Shown: piece after piece, positions 9,850 through 18,717 of the stretch
Position numbering within the stretch: position 1 is the stretch's first letter
Layout of the letters: every line of letters starts with the position of its first letter
Source of the DNA: Thermoproteota archaeon
GTDB taxonomy: Archaea > Thermoproteota > EX4484-205 > JAAOZP01
Assembly: GCA_049700215.1 (NCBI GenBank)
Contig: JBNAVT010000005.1
Span: 26,542-90,541, forward strand
Length of the DNA: 64,000 nucleotides
Reading direction: 5' to 3'
Program-made: the position numbers and the translations under genes
The notes under the pieces: generated by a model
Database searches by the model: none
The model's input: the letters and a program-made list of their open reading frames with translations, nothing else
What the model was told of the DNA's origin: nothing

Positions 9850-10989
9850 TTGACTTTGAGCATTGATGTGGCAAAATGGATTAAGAAGGTGAGCTCACAT
9901 TTAGATCTTGAGAAGATCGATGAGGCGAGAAGCAGGATTGCTGCTGCATGGAATTTTAAACAAGTGGAAACGCCTCCTTTAATCATTAACTGTCCCCCTC
10001 CGGATCCTTGGCCCTCCTTCAAATATTATGAAACATACCGTGATGTGGATAAGATGCTTGTGTCTCAACTAGCCTCAGTATACTCTCACGCCCTCCTTCA
10101 GGATGACGGCATGCCATGTGTAAGGGCTAATTTCGGCGTAGGAATTATTCCGAACGGATTTGGAAGCGAGGTTATCGTACAGCATGATTCTGACCAGATG
10201 CCGTGGGTTAAGGAGCCGGTTTTAAAGGAGGATCCTCCAGACCTGGGAGAGTTGAAGGATCCTTTGTCTCGTCAAAGCTTGATGACCCGCGTCATTGAAA
10301 CTGAAGAGTATTTTGTTAAAATGCTCGACGGAACCGGGGTGAAAGTATATCTATGCGACACCCAGGGGCCTTTAGACGTCGCCTATCTCCTCAGGGGGCC
10401 AAAGCTCCTAAGCGATTTCTACCGTCACCCGGACTTTGCAAAGGAGCTCCTTAAAAGGGTTGCTGAAGTATACGTGGATTTCTCGGTTGAGCAGAAGAAA
10501 ATAGTGGGGGAGCCTCTTGACCAGGGTTTCCATGGGACGCCTAACGTGTGGATGGATAAAGGCGGTGTTAGACTATGCGAAGACGTGGCTGTCATGATGA
10601 ACCCGGCTCAATACAGAAAGTTCTGCATCCCGGTTAACGATTTTTCACTGAGACCGTTTAATGGAGGCATGGGTCACTTTTGCTGCAGCGAGGCTTCAGA
10701 CGGCAGACAGGTTCTTGAACCGATATTGTCAAGCGGAGCCTTTAAAGCGTTCTTTTTCGGAAGCCCAACCAAGTTCTACAGCCTAAGAGAAACCGTCGAA
10801 TTGTTTCAAAGGAAACGCGTATGCCTAGTGTGGACTGACGGCCCCCAGGGGGGTGAGAAACCCGAGTCCTGGGTTAAGAGGGTGTCGAATTCCCTTGAAG
10901 ATAAAACGGGGATCATATTCTCTATAAGCGTAGAAAGCTTTAACACTGCACGCGAGGTTCTTAAAGAATGGAAAAGAGCATTCGGATAG
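9850..10989 (+). CDS. URO-D/MtaA-like family protein (second paralog)
   Basis: Central block CDTQGPLDVAYLLRGPKLLSDFYRHPDFAKELLKRVAEV...MNPAQYRKFCIPVNDF matches the URO-D family core (tlqGPftlas.l.g...dP.l.h.ll.k.t; ...sP..f.ef..Py). Confidence 0.5.
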   Translation: MTLSIDVAKWIKKVSSHLDLEKIDEARSRIAAAWNFKQVETPPLIINCPPPDPWPSFKYYETYRDVDKMLVSQLASVYSHALLQDDGMPCVRANFGVGIIPNGFGSEVIVQHDSDQMPWVKEPVLKEDPPDLGELKDPLSRQSLMTRVIETEEYFVKMLDGTGVKVYLCDTQGPLDVAYLLRGPKLLSDFYRHPDFAKELLKRVAEVYVDFSVEQKKIVGEPLDQGFHGTPNVWMDKGGVRLCEDVAVMMNPAQYRKFCIPVNDFSLRPFNGGMGHFCCSEASDGRQVLEPILSSGAFKAFFFGSPTKFYSLRETVELFQRKRVCLVWTDGPQGGEKPESWVKRVSNSLEDKTGIIFSISVESFNTAREVLKEWKRAFG

Positions 10990-11035
10990 TTAAAGTCGTT
11001 GGAAAACAGAGTTTAACGTTTTACCATCAGTTTTC

Positions 11036-11371
11036 TCAAGTATTTCCCTCCAAACCAGTTTGTTGAGGAGGTAGCCCTATGCGTATCGGCCTGCCTTCGC
11101 TGAGGGCTTGAGCAGTCTTTCTCCTAGCGCTCTGCAAAAGCCTCCATACGGTTCCTCTTGAGACCCCCATCCTCTCCCCCGCTTCCTCCTGAGAAAGCCC
11201 CTCTAGGTCAACGAGCCTCACAGCCTCCAGTTCATCAGGCTCAAGGTAAACAGGATCCGGTTTCCCCTGTGTTCCAACGGGGTCTAGCCCGGTAATCGGC
11301 GGAATAGCCCCCAGCCATACTGGTTTAGGCATTCTTCCTCTTCGACCATGCCTGTGTCTTCTCCTATACAT
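11036..11371 (-). CDS. DUF134 (UPF0251) family small HTH protein, putative transcriptional regulator
   Basis: Basic N-terminus RRRHRHGRRGRMPKPVW..., then ...PDELEAVRLVDLEGLSQEEAGERMGVSRGTVWRLLQSARRK... This is the sigma-70 region-4-like HTH characteristic of DUF134. Confidence 0.75.
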   Translation of the reverse strand: MYRRRHRHGRRGRMPKPVWLGAIPPITGLDPVGTQGKPDPVYLEPDELEAVRLVDLEGLSQEEAGERMGVSRGTVWRLLQSARRKTAQALSEGRPIRIGLPPQQTGLEGNT

Positions 11372-11471
11372 TGCTCATCGGCTTCCGGGCCGCAATATTT
11401 ATATATTTGTGCACAGTCTCGTTATTCATGAAAAATGTGCATAATCACAAAAATGGAGGTGGGTTTGGAAA

Positions 11472-11729
11472 ATGAGGTATAGGCACAGGAATCTTTTCTA
11501 CCTAACCGGTCTCCCGGGGTGCGTCAGGCTCGGCTTCTCCCCAGGATGGTTTGGACCAGCTTCTGGAGGCACGCCGCCTGCACCGGTTCCACCTAGAATG
11601 CCCTTCCCGCCGGCTTATAGCAGGGAGCAGGAGCGAATGGTTCTTGAGCAGCAGATTAAGATCTTGGAGTCTCAGCTGGAAGCCGTTAGAAAACGGCTTG
11701 AGGAATTAAGCGGTAAAGGAAGTCAGTGA
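11472..11729 (+). CDS. small Gly/Pro-rich protein with C-terminal coiled coil, DUF5320-like
   Basis: GLPGCVRLGFSPGWFGPASGGTPPAPVPP... followed by REQERMVLEQQIKILESQLEAVRKRLEEL. A paralog lies immediately downstream. The start codon is uncertain. Confidence 0.5.
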   Translation: MRYRHRNLFYLTGLPGCVRLGFSPGWFGPASGGTPPAPVPPRMPFPPAYSREQERMVLEQQIKILESQLEAVRKRLEELSGKGSQ

Positions 11730-11746
11730 GCAGGGGGTGATGATTT

Positions 11747-11995
11747 ATGCCAAGCGGGTTCTGCTGGCTCTGGTGGCTGGCACCGCCCTACTGGCATCCT
11801 TATGCTCGGTGCTTCTTGAGGCCATACCCATGGTTTCCACGGGCTCCGTGGAGAGCATGGATGCACGGGCCGCTGCTGTTTACTTCACCCTCAGCGACTA
11901 GGGAGCAGGAGAGGCTTTTTCTTGAAGAACAGAGAAGACTTATCCAGGAGGAGCTCGATTACGTAAACAAGAGGCTTGAGGAGTTAAGGAAGTAA
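11747..11995 (+). CDS. small Trp/Pro/aromatic-rich protein with C-terminal coiled coil, DUF5320-like paralog
   Basis: ...WLWWLAPPYWHPYARCF...PWFPRAPWRAW... followed by REQERLFLEEQRRLIQEELDYVNKRLEEL. The C-terminal motif matches that of 11472-11729. Confidence 0.5.
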   Translation: MPSGFCWLWWLAPPYWHPYARCFLRPYPWFPRAPWRAWMHGPLLFTSPSATREQERLFLEEQRRLIQEELDYVNKRLEELRK

Positions 11996-12150
11996 TTGTC
12001 TAGGATAAGGGTTCCTTGAAAAAGGAGTAGAGGTGGTTCAAGACTGAGGTCTATAAAGAGTCCGGCAGGAGGGTTGGTGAAAACCCTAGGGGATGGTTGA
12101 TTAACAGCAAGACGTATATAGATGCAAGTATCCAGGCATGGTGATTCGGA

Positions 12151-12522
12151 ATGAGGATCGTAATACCTGTGGAGGAGGATCGTGACTTGGATTCACGCTT
12201 ATCCGAACACTTCGGCAGAGCACCCTTCTTCCTAGTCCTTGAGATGGATGACGAGGGGAGAGTTTTAAAACAGGAGACTTTGCGTAACGAGAGTCAACAC
12301 TTCGGGGGGATGGGTCGGCCTGCAGACCTTGTACTGCGGCTTAAGCCGGATGCAGTCATTGTATACGGGATGGGGCCTAGGGCGCTCGACATATTTCAAC
12401 AGGCTGGGACAGCTGTCTTGAAAGCTAATTCAAACATTGTCAGAAACTTGGTTTCATCCTATGCTAAAGATGAGCTTGAAGAGTTGACTGAAGGCTGTCG
12501 TCAAGCCCGTCATAAACATTAA
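12151..12522 (+). CDS. NifB/NifX/NafY-family dinitrogenase FeMo-cofactor-biosynthesis-like domain protein
   Basis: MRIVIPVEED...LSEHFGRAPFFLVLEMDDEGRV...GGMGRPADLVLRLKPDAVIVYGMGPRALDIFQQAGTAV. Canonical PF02579 pattern. Confidence 0.8.
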   Translation: MRIVIPVEEDRDLDSRLSEHFGRAPFFLVLEMDDEGRVLKQETLRNESQHFGGMGRPADLVLRLKPDAVIVYGMGPRALDIFQQAGTAVLKANSNIVRNLVSSYAKDELEELTEGCRQARHKH

Positions 12523-12578
12523 TCCGCGAGTCTTCTGCTAAGTTTATAAGTTGAAGCCGTAGGCTATGTTAAGCAGCA

Positions 12579-13154
12579 ATGCGGGATGACTATGCTTGGA
12601 ACCGTATTATTCTGGAGGCTTACGGTGTCTCTAGGGATCTAGGGGTTCCTGCGATAGAGATGTATGATGGCCACGTGCTTTTCTCAACGGCCTTTCTAAC
12701 GGCTATACGGTTTGGATGTTTGAAAGCCATGGACGCTGGTGCGGGCGTAGGTTTTTCAACGGTATGGATTGCTAAAGCTATTTTAGGGTCAGGGGTTGAT
12801 GGTAACGTCTACGCTGTTGAGAAGAATATTCGAAGATTCAGGAGGCTCAAGGAGCTTGTTGACAAGCATCGTTTAGAGCATCTAATCACGCCGGTTAACA
12901 GCGACGTGTTAGAATACTGCAGGAAAGTCGGTGAGCTGAATCTAGTCTTCATGGATATTGAAAAGGAGCAGTACTTAGAGTTTTTCAACCTGATTAAGAG
13001 CAAGATTCTTATAGGCGGAGTGATGCTTGCACACAACGTTAAACACCCGTATGGCACCGTAGAGGATTTTCTAAACGAGGCTTCTGGTGGAATGTGGAGA
13101 ACCGTTATAGTGCCTACTGGGGCAGGAGTCTCCATAAGCATTAAAATTGGTTAA
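12579..13154 (+). CDS. class I SAM-dependent O-methyltransferase (family 3/caffeoyl-CoA OMT-like)
   Basis: ...AMDAGAGVGFSTVWIAKA...DGNVYAVEKN...LVFMDIEKEQYLEFFNLIKSKILIGGVMLAHNV matches the OMT family 3 layout. Confidence 0.7.
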   Translation: MRDDYAWNRIILEAYGVSRDLGVPAIEMYDGHVLFSTAFLTAIRFGCLKAMDAGAGVGFSTVWIAKAILGSGVDGNVYAVEKNIRRFRRLKELVDKHRLEHLITPVNSDVLEYCRKVGELNLVFMDIEKEQYLEFFNLIKSKILIGGVMLAHNVKHPYGTVEDFLNEASGGMWRTVIVPTGAGVSISIKIG

Positions 13155-14098
13155 GACTGTAAGACCGGTTTTCTGGATGATTCCCTAATGCTTTCCTCAA
13201 TCGCTTTAACGATGGCTACTGGCTCAAGCATCTCTTCTCCTGAAAGTATCCACTGCTTGTTGTCAAGCATCTCCTTAATCCTCATCATCCCCCTCTTATA
13301 GCAGTCCTTGGAGTCAACCTTGGCTGAGAAATAGGTTTTCTTAGTCAGTCCCTCAACAGAGAAGACATAGGGCATTTCAGGAGCGATCTTTACTGTTCCA
13401 ATCAGTTTATCGTGAACCAGTGTCGCAACTATGTTTTTATTCTTCACGGTTGCATAGATCTCTCTCACCCCGTTCCCAGCTATCTCGTTGAAAATTTCCG
13501 CACAATGCACCCCGTAGAAGATTAATCCGCCATACTCGCTTTCAAGGTCTCCTGGGCCTAGGACGCTCAGGAAAATCGGCTCCTCGTTCTTAAAAATTTT
13601 TTTAAGCTCTTGCACGGCGTCCGTAAACCTCAGGGTCGAAAAGCTCGTTAAAAGGGTTTGTTTCTCCTTCGCTAACTCGATGATTTTTTCAGCGTCTGCT
13701 ACCGTGGCTGCTAGAGGCTTATCCACGAAAACCGGAATCCTGTTTTCTATGAATGGCTTAGCGTATTTCAGGTGCAGCCCGCCGTGTCTAAACTCCACGA
13801 ACGCGACATCAATGTTTCCAATCATCTCGTTTACATCTGAAACAATGTTTTCAATACTGCCTTTCTCTGCAACCTCTCTATTCCTTGCTTCGTCGAACCC
13901 GAAGAGGTGGGTTGCTTTGAAACCCGGTACGTAATTTTCCCTGTCTATGCCGTTCGCGATCTGTGAAAAAGTTATTGCATGAGAATTGTCTGACCCAACT
14001 ATTCCTATCCTGTAAACCATGTGGGCGGGTGAGTGGAACGACTTTATAAGTTTTTTCAGAATCACTGTTTTTTCAGCTTGAACAGGAAGTGGCAGCAT
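13151..14098 (-). CDS. Gfo/Idh/MocA family oxidoreductase
   Basis: YRIGIVGSDNSHAITF... N-terminal Rossmann segment, ...PVFVDKPLAATVADAEKIIELAKEK.... The gene is convergent with the OMT and their stops overlap by 4 nt. Confidence 0.8.
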   Translation of the reverse strand: MLPLPVQAEKTVILKKLIKSFHSPAHMVYRIGIVGSDNSHAITFSQIANGIDRENYVPGFKATHLFGFDEARNREVAEKGSIENIVSDVNEMIGNIDVAFVEFRHGGLHLKYAKPFIENRIPVFVDKPLAATVADAEKIIELAKEKQTLLTSFSTLRFTDAVQELKKIFKNEEPIFLSVLGPGDLESEYGGLIFYGVHCAEIFNEIAGNGVREIYATVKNKNIVATLVHDKLIGTVKIAPEMPYVFSVEGLTKKTYFSAKVDSKDCYKRGMMRIKEMLDNKQWILSGEEMLEPVAIVKAIEESIRESSRKPVLQS

Positions 14099-14496
14099 TC
14101 ATCTCCTCTCATTAAAAGCTTGTCTCTAACCAGTTCTATCCCATGGTCAAATCCTTTCACAACATAGTGGTCGCCGCTGCAGATCACTTTTTCACCCACG
14201 TCGGATGCGTTGAACTTTTTAAAGATTTCAGCGTGGACGCACTTCTTAACAATAACCTCCAAGGCCTCTTCGCTCTCCTCCAAAACTTCGAATTCATGAG
14301 CCTCCCTACTGAACAATGTTAGAAAGTATCTGGGAGTTTTATCCCTCGCCTCTATGCCTCTCTTCCTCCATTCCTCCTCAATCCTTCTATTCCTCCAGTC
14401 CACCAAAACGTCCAGCGCCTCTTTCCCAAACTCTTTCTCAAGAATCCGACTCATCATAATTAAAGAAAAATCTCTATAATATCTTAATTCGCTCAT
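14062..14496 (-). CDS. hypothetical protein, possibly ATC-hydrolase-like (PF14196)
   Basis: 144 aa, acidic. Cys-rich C-terminus ...KVICSGDHYVVKGFDHG...GDECCHF. The family assignment is from memory only. Confidence 0.4.
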   Translation of the reverse strand: MSELRYYRDFSLIMMSRILEKEFGKEALDVLVDWRNRRIEEEWRKRGIEARDKTPRYFLTLFSREAHEFEVLEESEEALEVIVKKCVHAEIFKKFNASDVGEKVICSGDHYVVKGFDHGIELVRDKLLMRGDECCHFLFKLKKQ

Positions 14497-14659
14497 TTCT
14501 AAACCTAAACGGCTCTTCTCACTATTAAATCTTTCCTAAAGTAAGCATGATTCCTGCGCAATATTTCTTAAGGATGTTTCCTGGAAACCCTGCGAAACTT
14601 GTTCAATCGCCTTATGCAGAAGAATTAAATAGTTTTTCTCTCCCAATAGACGTGGATTC

Positions 14660-15394
14660 GTGATGGGAGCTGGAAGCATGGTTGTAGTCGAAAACCTGGT
14701 TAAACGCTTCGGGGATCTGGCGGCTGTCGACGGGGTTTCGTTAAGAATTGAGAAGGGTGCAGTATTCGGGTTAATAGGTCCGAACGGTGCTGGCAAGACT
14801 ACCATTCTAAGAATAATGGCGACACTCCTCCTGCCCACAAGCGGCTACGTCAACATACTTGGGTATGATGCTGTTAAGGAGGCTGGTAAAATCAGGCCTT
14901 TCATCTCATACTTGGCTGAGGACGCTGGGACATATAGAAACCTGAGCGGCCGTGAATACTTGTCTATAGTGGCCAGGATATACTTTGATTCGGATACTGA
15001 GGCGTCTAAAGCTGTTGAGGATGCGGTAAGAATCTCAGGGCTGGGTGATAGGGTGGATGATAAGATGAAGACTTACAGCAAGGGGATGAAGAGGAGGCTC
15101 CAGATAGCGAGAGCATTAATGACTAAGCCGAGGCTAGCGATATTAGACGAGCCTACTGCAGGCCTAGACGTTTTTCACGCGAAACACATAAGGGAGGTTG
15201 TGAGCAGACATGTCAAGGAAGGTGGAACAGTGGTTCTTTCAAGCCACAATATGCTTGAGGTCGAATACTTGTGTACTAGAGTTGCTTTCATACACCGTGG
15301 GCATGTCCTTTTTGAAGGAGCGCCGGAGGAGATTAAAAATGAACTCAGAGTTTCGAATCTCGAAGAGGCATTCATCGAGGTGACCAGTAGATGA
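14660..15394 (+). CDS. ABC transporter ATP-binding protein (ABC-2 type exporter)
   Basis: Walker A GPNGAGKTT, ABC signature YSKGMKRRLQIARAL, Walker B ILDEPTAGLD, H-loop SSHNM. The stop overlaps the start of the permease gene. Confidence 0.9.
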   Translation: MMGAGSMVVVENLVKRFGDLAAVDGVSLRIEKGAVFGLIGPNGAGKTTILRIMATLLLPTSGYVNILGYDAVKEAGKIRPFISYLAEDAGTYRNLSGREYLSIVARIYFDSDTEASKAVEDAVRISGLGDRVDDKMKTYSKGMKRRLQIARALMTKPRLAILDEPTAGLDVFHAKHIREVVSRHVKEGGTVVLSSHNMLEVEYLCTRVAFIHRGHVLFEGAPEEIKNELRVSNLEEAFIEVTSR

Positions 15395-16722
15395 GGAAGC
15401 TTGTTTCACTGGTTGAGAAGGAGGTTAAGGATCTTCTAAGAGACCCCAGGATATACATTGGCCTGGTTGTTCCCGTGGTGCTGATGCCCTTACTGGGTTT
15501 TCTAATGTCCACATCGATGAGCAGCTCTATTGAAGCCGGGGCTAAGGGTTTGAAAATAGCTGTACTCGACTACGATAAGACCGTTTTAAGCAACGCCTTT
15601 CTAAACCTTTCTAGGAGCCTAGGGGCGGATGTTAAGAGTATTGATGTTGCTGACGTTGAAACCGCGGTCAGTGAAGCGAGAAACCTCGGTTCAACCGCTT
15701 TAATAGTTATAGGGAGAGGGTTTGAGGATGATCTGGTTAACTTCAGGAGGGCAAGAGTTGAAGTATACGTCGTAATGGAGACCATGAGCCTAGGCTCAAT
15801 AGGCGCATACTCTGCCGTTGAAGGATTATTGAGTGTGTCCTCGAAGATTTTCAGCAACATGTTGATCTCTAAGCTTAACTCAAACATCTCTCCCGATGTT
15901 GTTCGAGAACCGTTTAACATTTCGACGCGCTCAATACTCAAGGATAAAATAATCGAGGTTCCTCCTCAAGTACTTTTCAACCAACTCTTAATGGGGTACA
16001 GCATTATGATTCCGCTGCTGCTTTTAATGCTGTCTATTACTGTCGTCCAGTTTGCTGCTACTGCAACCGCGGTTGAGAATGAGGAGAAAACCCTGGAGAC
16101 TCTCTTGACTTTCCCGGTGACGCGCTACGACATCCTGCTGGCTAAGCTGCTGGGCTCATCCATCCTGGCTGTAATCGGGAGCATCCTGTTTACTGGAGGG
16201 TTCATCCTATACTTTAACAACATGCTCACCATGTCTGGTTTCAATTTTCCCGTGGGAGACGTTTCTCAACTGCTTCCCTCACCCCCGCCTGAGAGCTTCA
16301 TTCTTCTCGCTGTCAGCCTGATTCTTGCAATACTTTTCGTAACGTCTCTCGGAGTGGCGATCGGAGCATTAAGCAGCGACGTCAGGATGGCGAACTCCCT
16401 CCTCGGAGTGGTAATAGTTCCGATAATGGTGCCCTCGCTACTCATGATGTATGGGGACCTCAGCACACTGCCCTTAACCCTTAAACTTCTAGTGTACGCT
16501 CTGCCCACATCCTACCCCATAATGATCGCTAAAGACATGGTTATGACGCCAATATCCTTTGAAGCCATTCTCGGAATCCCGTATTCTGCAGCCCTAACGG
16601 TTCTCGTCCTCTACGCTACGAGCATGCTACTGGCGCCGGAGAAACTCTTAACGATTCAATACAGGCTGAGGCTCAGGGGTTCTAAGAGACGGCAGATCAA
16701 GGAGCTTGAAACCAGTCTATAG
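15391..16722 (+). CDS. ABC-2 family transporter permease
   Basis: 443 aa. N-terminal TM helix, then a large extracytoplasmic domain, then about 5 C-terminal TM helices (ABC2_membrane-like). Translationally coupled to the ATPase. Confidence 0.8.
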   Translation: MRKLVSLVEKEVKDLLRDPRIYIGLVVPVVLMPLLGFLMSTSMSSSIEAGAKGLKIAVLDYDKTVLSNAFLNLSRSLGADVKSIDVADVETAVSEARNLGSTALIVIGRGFEDDLVNFRRARVEVYVVMETMSLGSIGAYSAVEGLLSVSSKIFSNMLISKLNSNISPDVVREPFNISTRSILKDKIIEVPPQVLFNQLLMGYSIMIPLLLLMLSITVVQFAATATAVENEEKTLETLLTFPVTRYDILLAKLLGSSILAVIGSILFTGGFILYFNNMLTMSGFNFPVGDVSQLLPSPPPESFILLAVSLILAILFVTSLGVAIGALSSDVRMANSLLGVVIVPIMVPSLLMMYGDLSTLPLTLKLLVYALPTSYPIMIAKDMVMTPISFEAILGIPYSAALTVLVLYATSMLLAPEKLLTIQYRLRLRGSKRRQIKELETSL

Positions 16723-16835
16723 TGACTTTTCAATCGCCCTTTCCTCCAGCATTTTTCCAAGTAACACGTGGGAAACCGGTGGTTAGCGTCTCGATGCACA
16801 GATAATCTTAAATCGGTGTTTGCAAAGCGCCAAAT

Positions 16836-17289
16836 GTGGGAAAACCAAGCATAGTCAAGCTCGGCACTATTGACTGTGATATGGTGGAGACGACGCCGAT
16901 AGTCTTTCAGAATAGGCTTTACCGCTTCGAATATGTGCGCTCAAACTACAAACCGAATAAAACAGGCATCCCGTTAGCGCGCGCGCACATTGTCCGCTCG
17001 AAAAACCTTGCTGACTGGCAGAGCAGTTCTTTTAATCCAGTAATGCGTCCCTCAGCCGAAGATAAGAAGATTGCTAATGAAAATCTATGAAAATCTTACA
17101 GTTTGGCAGAGGAACAGGATTCTTAACGCTGTTAACATAAATAATTCGGATGTGGATTTTTGCGAGTTCAACGGGAAAACAGTTATCTACTATAGTTGGG
17201 GAGACCAGAAAGGCACCGAGTTCTTGGCTGAGGCTGTTTACAACGGTAAGTTGGAAAGCTTCTTGAAATCATTCTTCGAAGATAGTTGA
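16836..17289 (+). pseudogene. frameshifted C-terminal remnant of a gene, possibly a beta-propeller glycosidase-like gene
   Basis: Two overlapping ORFs, 16836-17090 and 17071-17289, in frames 0 and +1 that read as one continuous polypeptide. No N-terminal domain upstream. Low-GC 700-bp gap between flanking genes. Confidence 0.4.
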
Positions 17290-17420
17290 AGACCAGTCTC
17301 GTTTTCTCCGAGAAACCCTTTCGAAACATAGGGAAAAAAGCGTAACCTGGTGGCAGTGAATGTTCCGCAAGCTTAATAAGCATCGTTCAGAGAAACGCTG
17401 CTGGCAGGGCGGTTCACGGC

Positions 17421-18686
17421 ATGAAGGTTGGTTATGCGAAAAGAGACGTGACTCCTCCAACAGGGATAAGACTAGGTGGTTATGGAGGTAGGTTTGGCAA
17501 GCCTTCTCAAACCGTCCATGATCCTCTTCTGACGAGCACCATTCATATCGGATCGCGTGATGAAGACGTGCTTCTAATACACTGCGATGTGCTCGGTGTC
17601 TATAGAAGCTTCGCAGATGATGTTAAAAAGGCTCTTCAAGCTAAGACCGGGATCGATTCGAGCCGAATATTTTTAACCACAACCCATACTCACTCCGGGC
17701 CTGAGACAATCGTCCCAATGTGGCCCAACACATTTCCATACAGTAGTGAGGAGAAAAAGGTTTTCAGCCGATGGGAGAAATTCTTCAGGGGAAGCATCAT
17801 CGAAGCCTCGGTAGAAGCGTATGAGAAGTCTTCGCCTGCCTCGGTTAGATTCGGAACAACCCGGGTTCCAGGCCTGACTTATAATAGAACGTATAAGAAT
17901 GGTGTTATCGATGAGCGTATGCCCTTTATGCTAATCAGGAATAGGGATTCAAGCATCGTTCTGACTAATTATTGTTGCCACCCTGTTTGCAACACTGATT
18001 TCGGCATCTCCGCAGACTACCCGGGGGAGCTCTATGCTAACATGCTGAGAAACGGTCTTGAAGTCTTCTTTACGACCGGCTCAGCGGGGGATATTGATCC
18101 GCTTGAGAAAGGCAGAGGCTTCATATCGAAAATGGGTTTAGAAATGCAGCTTGCATTGAAAGACGCTGTGAAAGATTCGATCGAACTGGCCAACGGGAGA
18201 ATAAATGTTCAGAATAGAAGGGTCAGGCTGAAGCTTAGAGACCCGCCTCCTCTAAAGGAGGCGAGGAGGAGATTCGTCGAACAGTATGAGCTTTACAGGA
18301 GTAAACTGGGAGACCAGGAGTATGTTGTCGACCTCCTTTACGCGGATGAGGAATATGAAGTCGCCAAAGAGGGTAAAACATCTGTTGAAACACTGATTCA
18401 GACGCTGACCCTAGGAAGTGGGGTCGCATTCATATCTGTTCCCGGGGAACTGTTCGTCGAATTCGGGTTGAAGATAAATGAGGGAGCGAATACAATGGGA
18501 TACAGGTCTACACTAATCTCCACGTACTCGGAGGATTATATTGGTTACATTCCTGATAGGGCGGCTTTTGAAAAAGGGTCTTATGAAACTAGGCTTGCAC
18601 GCTGGAGCAGAGTAACGCCGGATGCTGGAGACCAGATATTTCAAGCAATTCTGGACTGCCTTAGATCATTGAAGGAGAGCCTGTGA
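17421..18686 (+). CDS. neutral/alkaline ceramidase N-terminal-domain-like hydrolase family protein
   Basis: MKVGYAKRDVTPPTGIRLGGYGGRFG...VHDPLLTSTIHIG...LLIHCDVLGV...TTTHTHSGP matches the neutral ceramidase N-terminal domain pattern (PF04734-like). Confidence 0.65.
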   Translation: MKVGYAKRDVTPPTGIRLGGYGGRFGKPSQTVHDPLLTSTIHIGSRDEDVLLIHCDVLGVYRSFADDVKKALQAKTGIDSSRIFLTTTHTHSGPETIVPMWPNTFPYSSEEKKVFSRWEKFFRGSIIEASVEAYEKSSPASVRFGTTRVPGLTYNRTYKNGVIDERMPFMLIRNRDSSIVLTNYCCHPVCNTDFGISADYPGELYANMLRNGLEVFFTTGSAGDIDPLEKGRGFISKMGLEMQLALKDAVKDSIELANGRINVQNRRVRLKLRDPPPLKEARRRFVEQYELYRSKLGDQEYVVDLLYADEEYEVAKEGKTSVETLIQTLTLGSGVAFISVPGELFVEFGLKINEGANTMGYRSTLISTYSEDYIGYIPDRAAFEKGSYETRLARWSRVTPDAGDQIFQAILDCLRSLKESL

Positions 18687-18717
18687 TCAGTCTGTTTCAG
18701 GGCAGCAGTCTCAACCG

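Noticed and set aside
14660-16722. ABC-2 ATPase/permease pair considered as part of a novel export or defence system together with the 144-aa upstream protein
   Set aside because: A standard two-gene ABC-2 exporter layout. The upstream 144-aa gene is on the opposite strand, and the evidence for functional linkage is weak.
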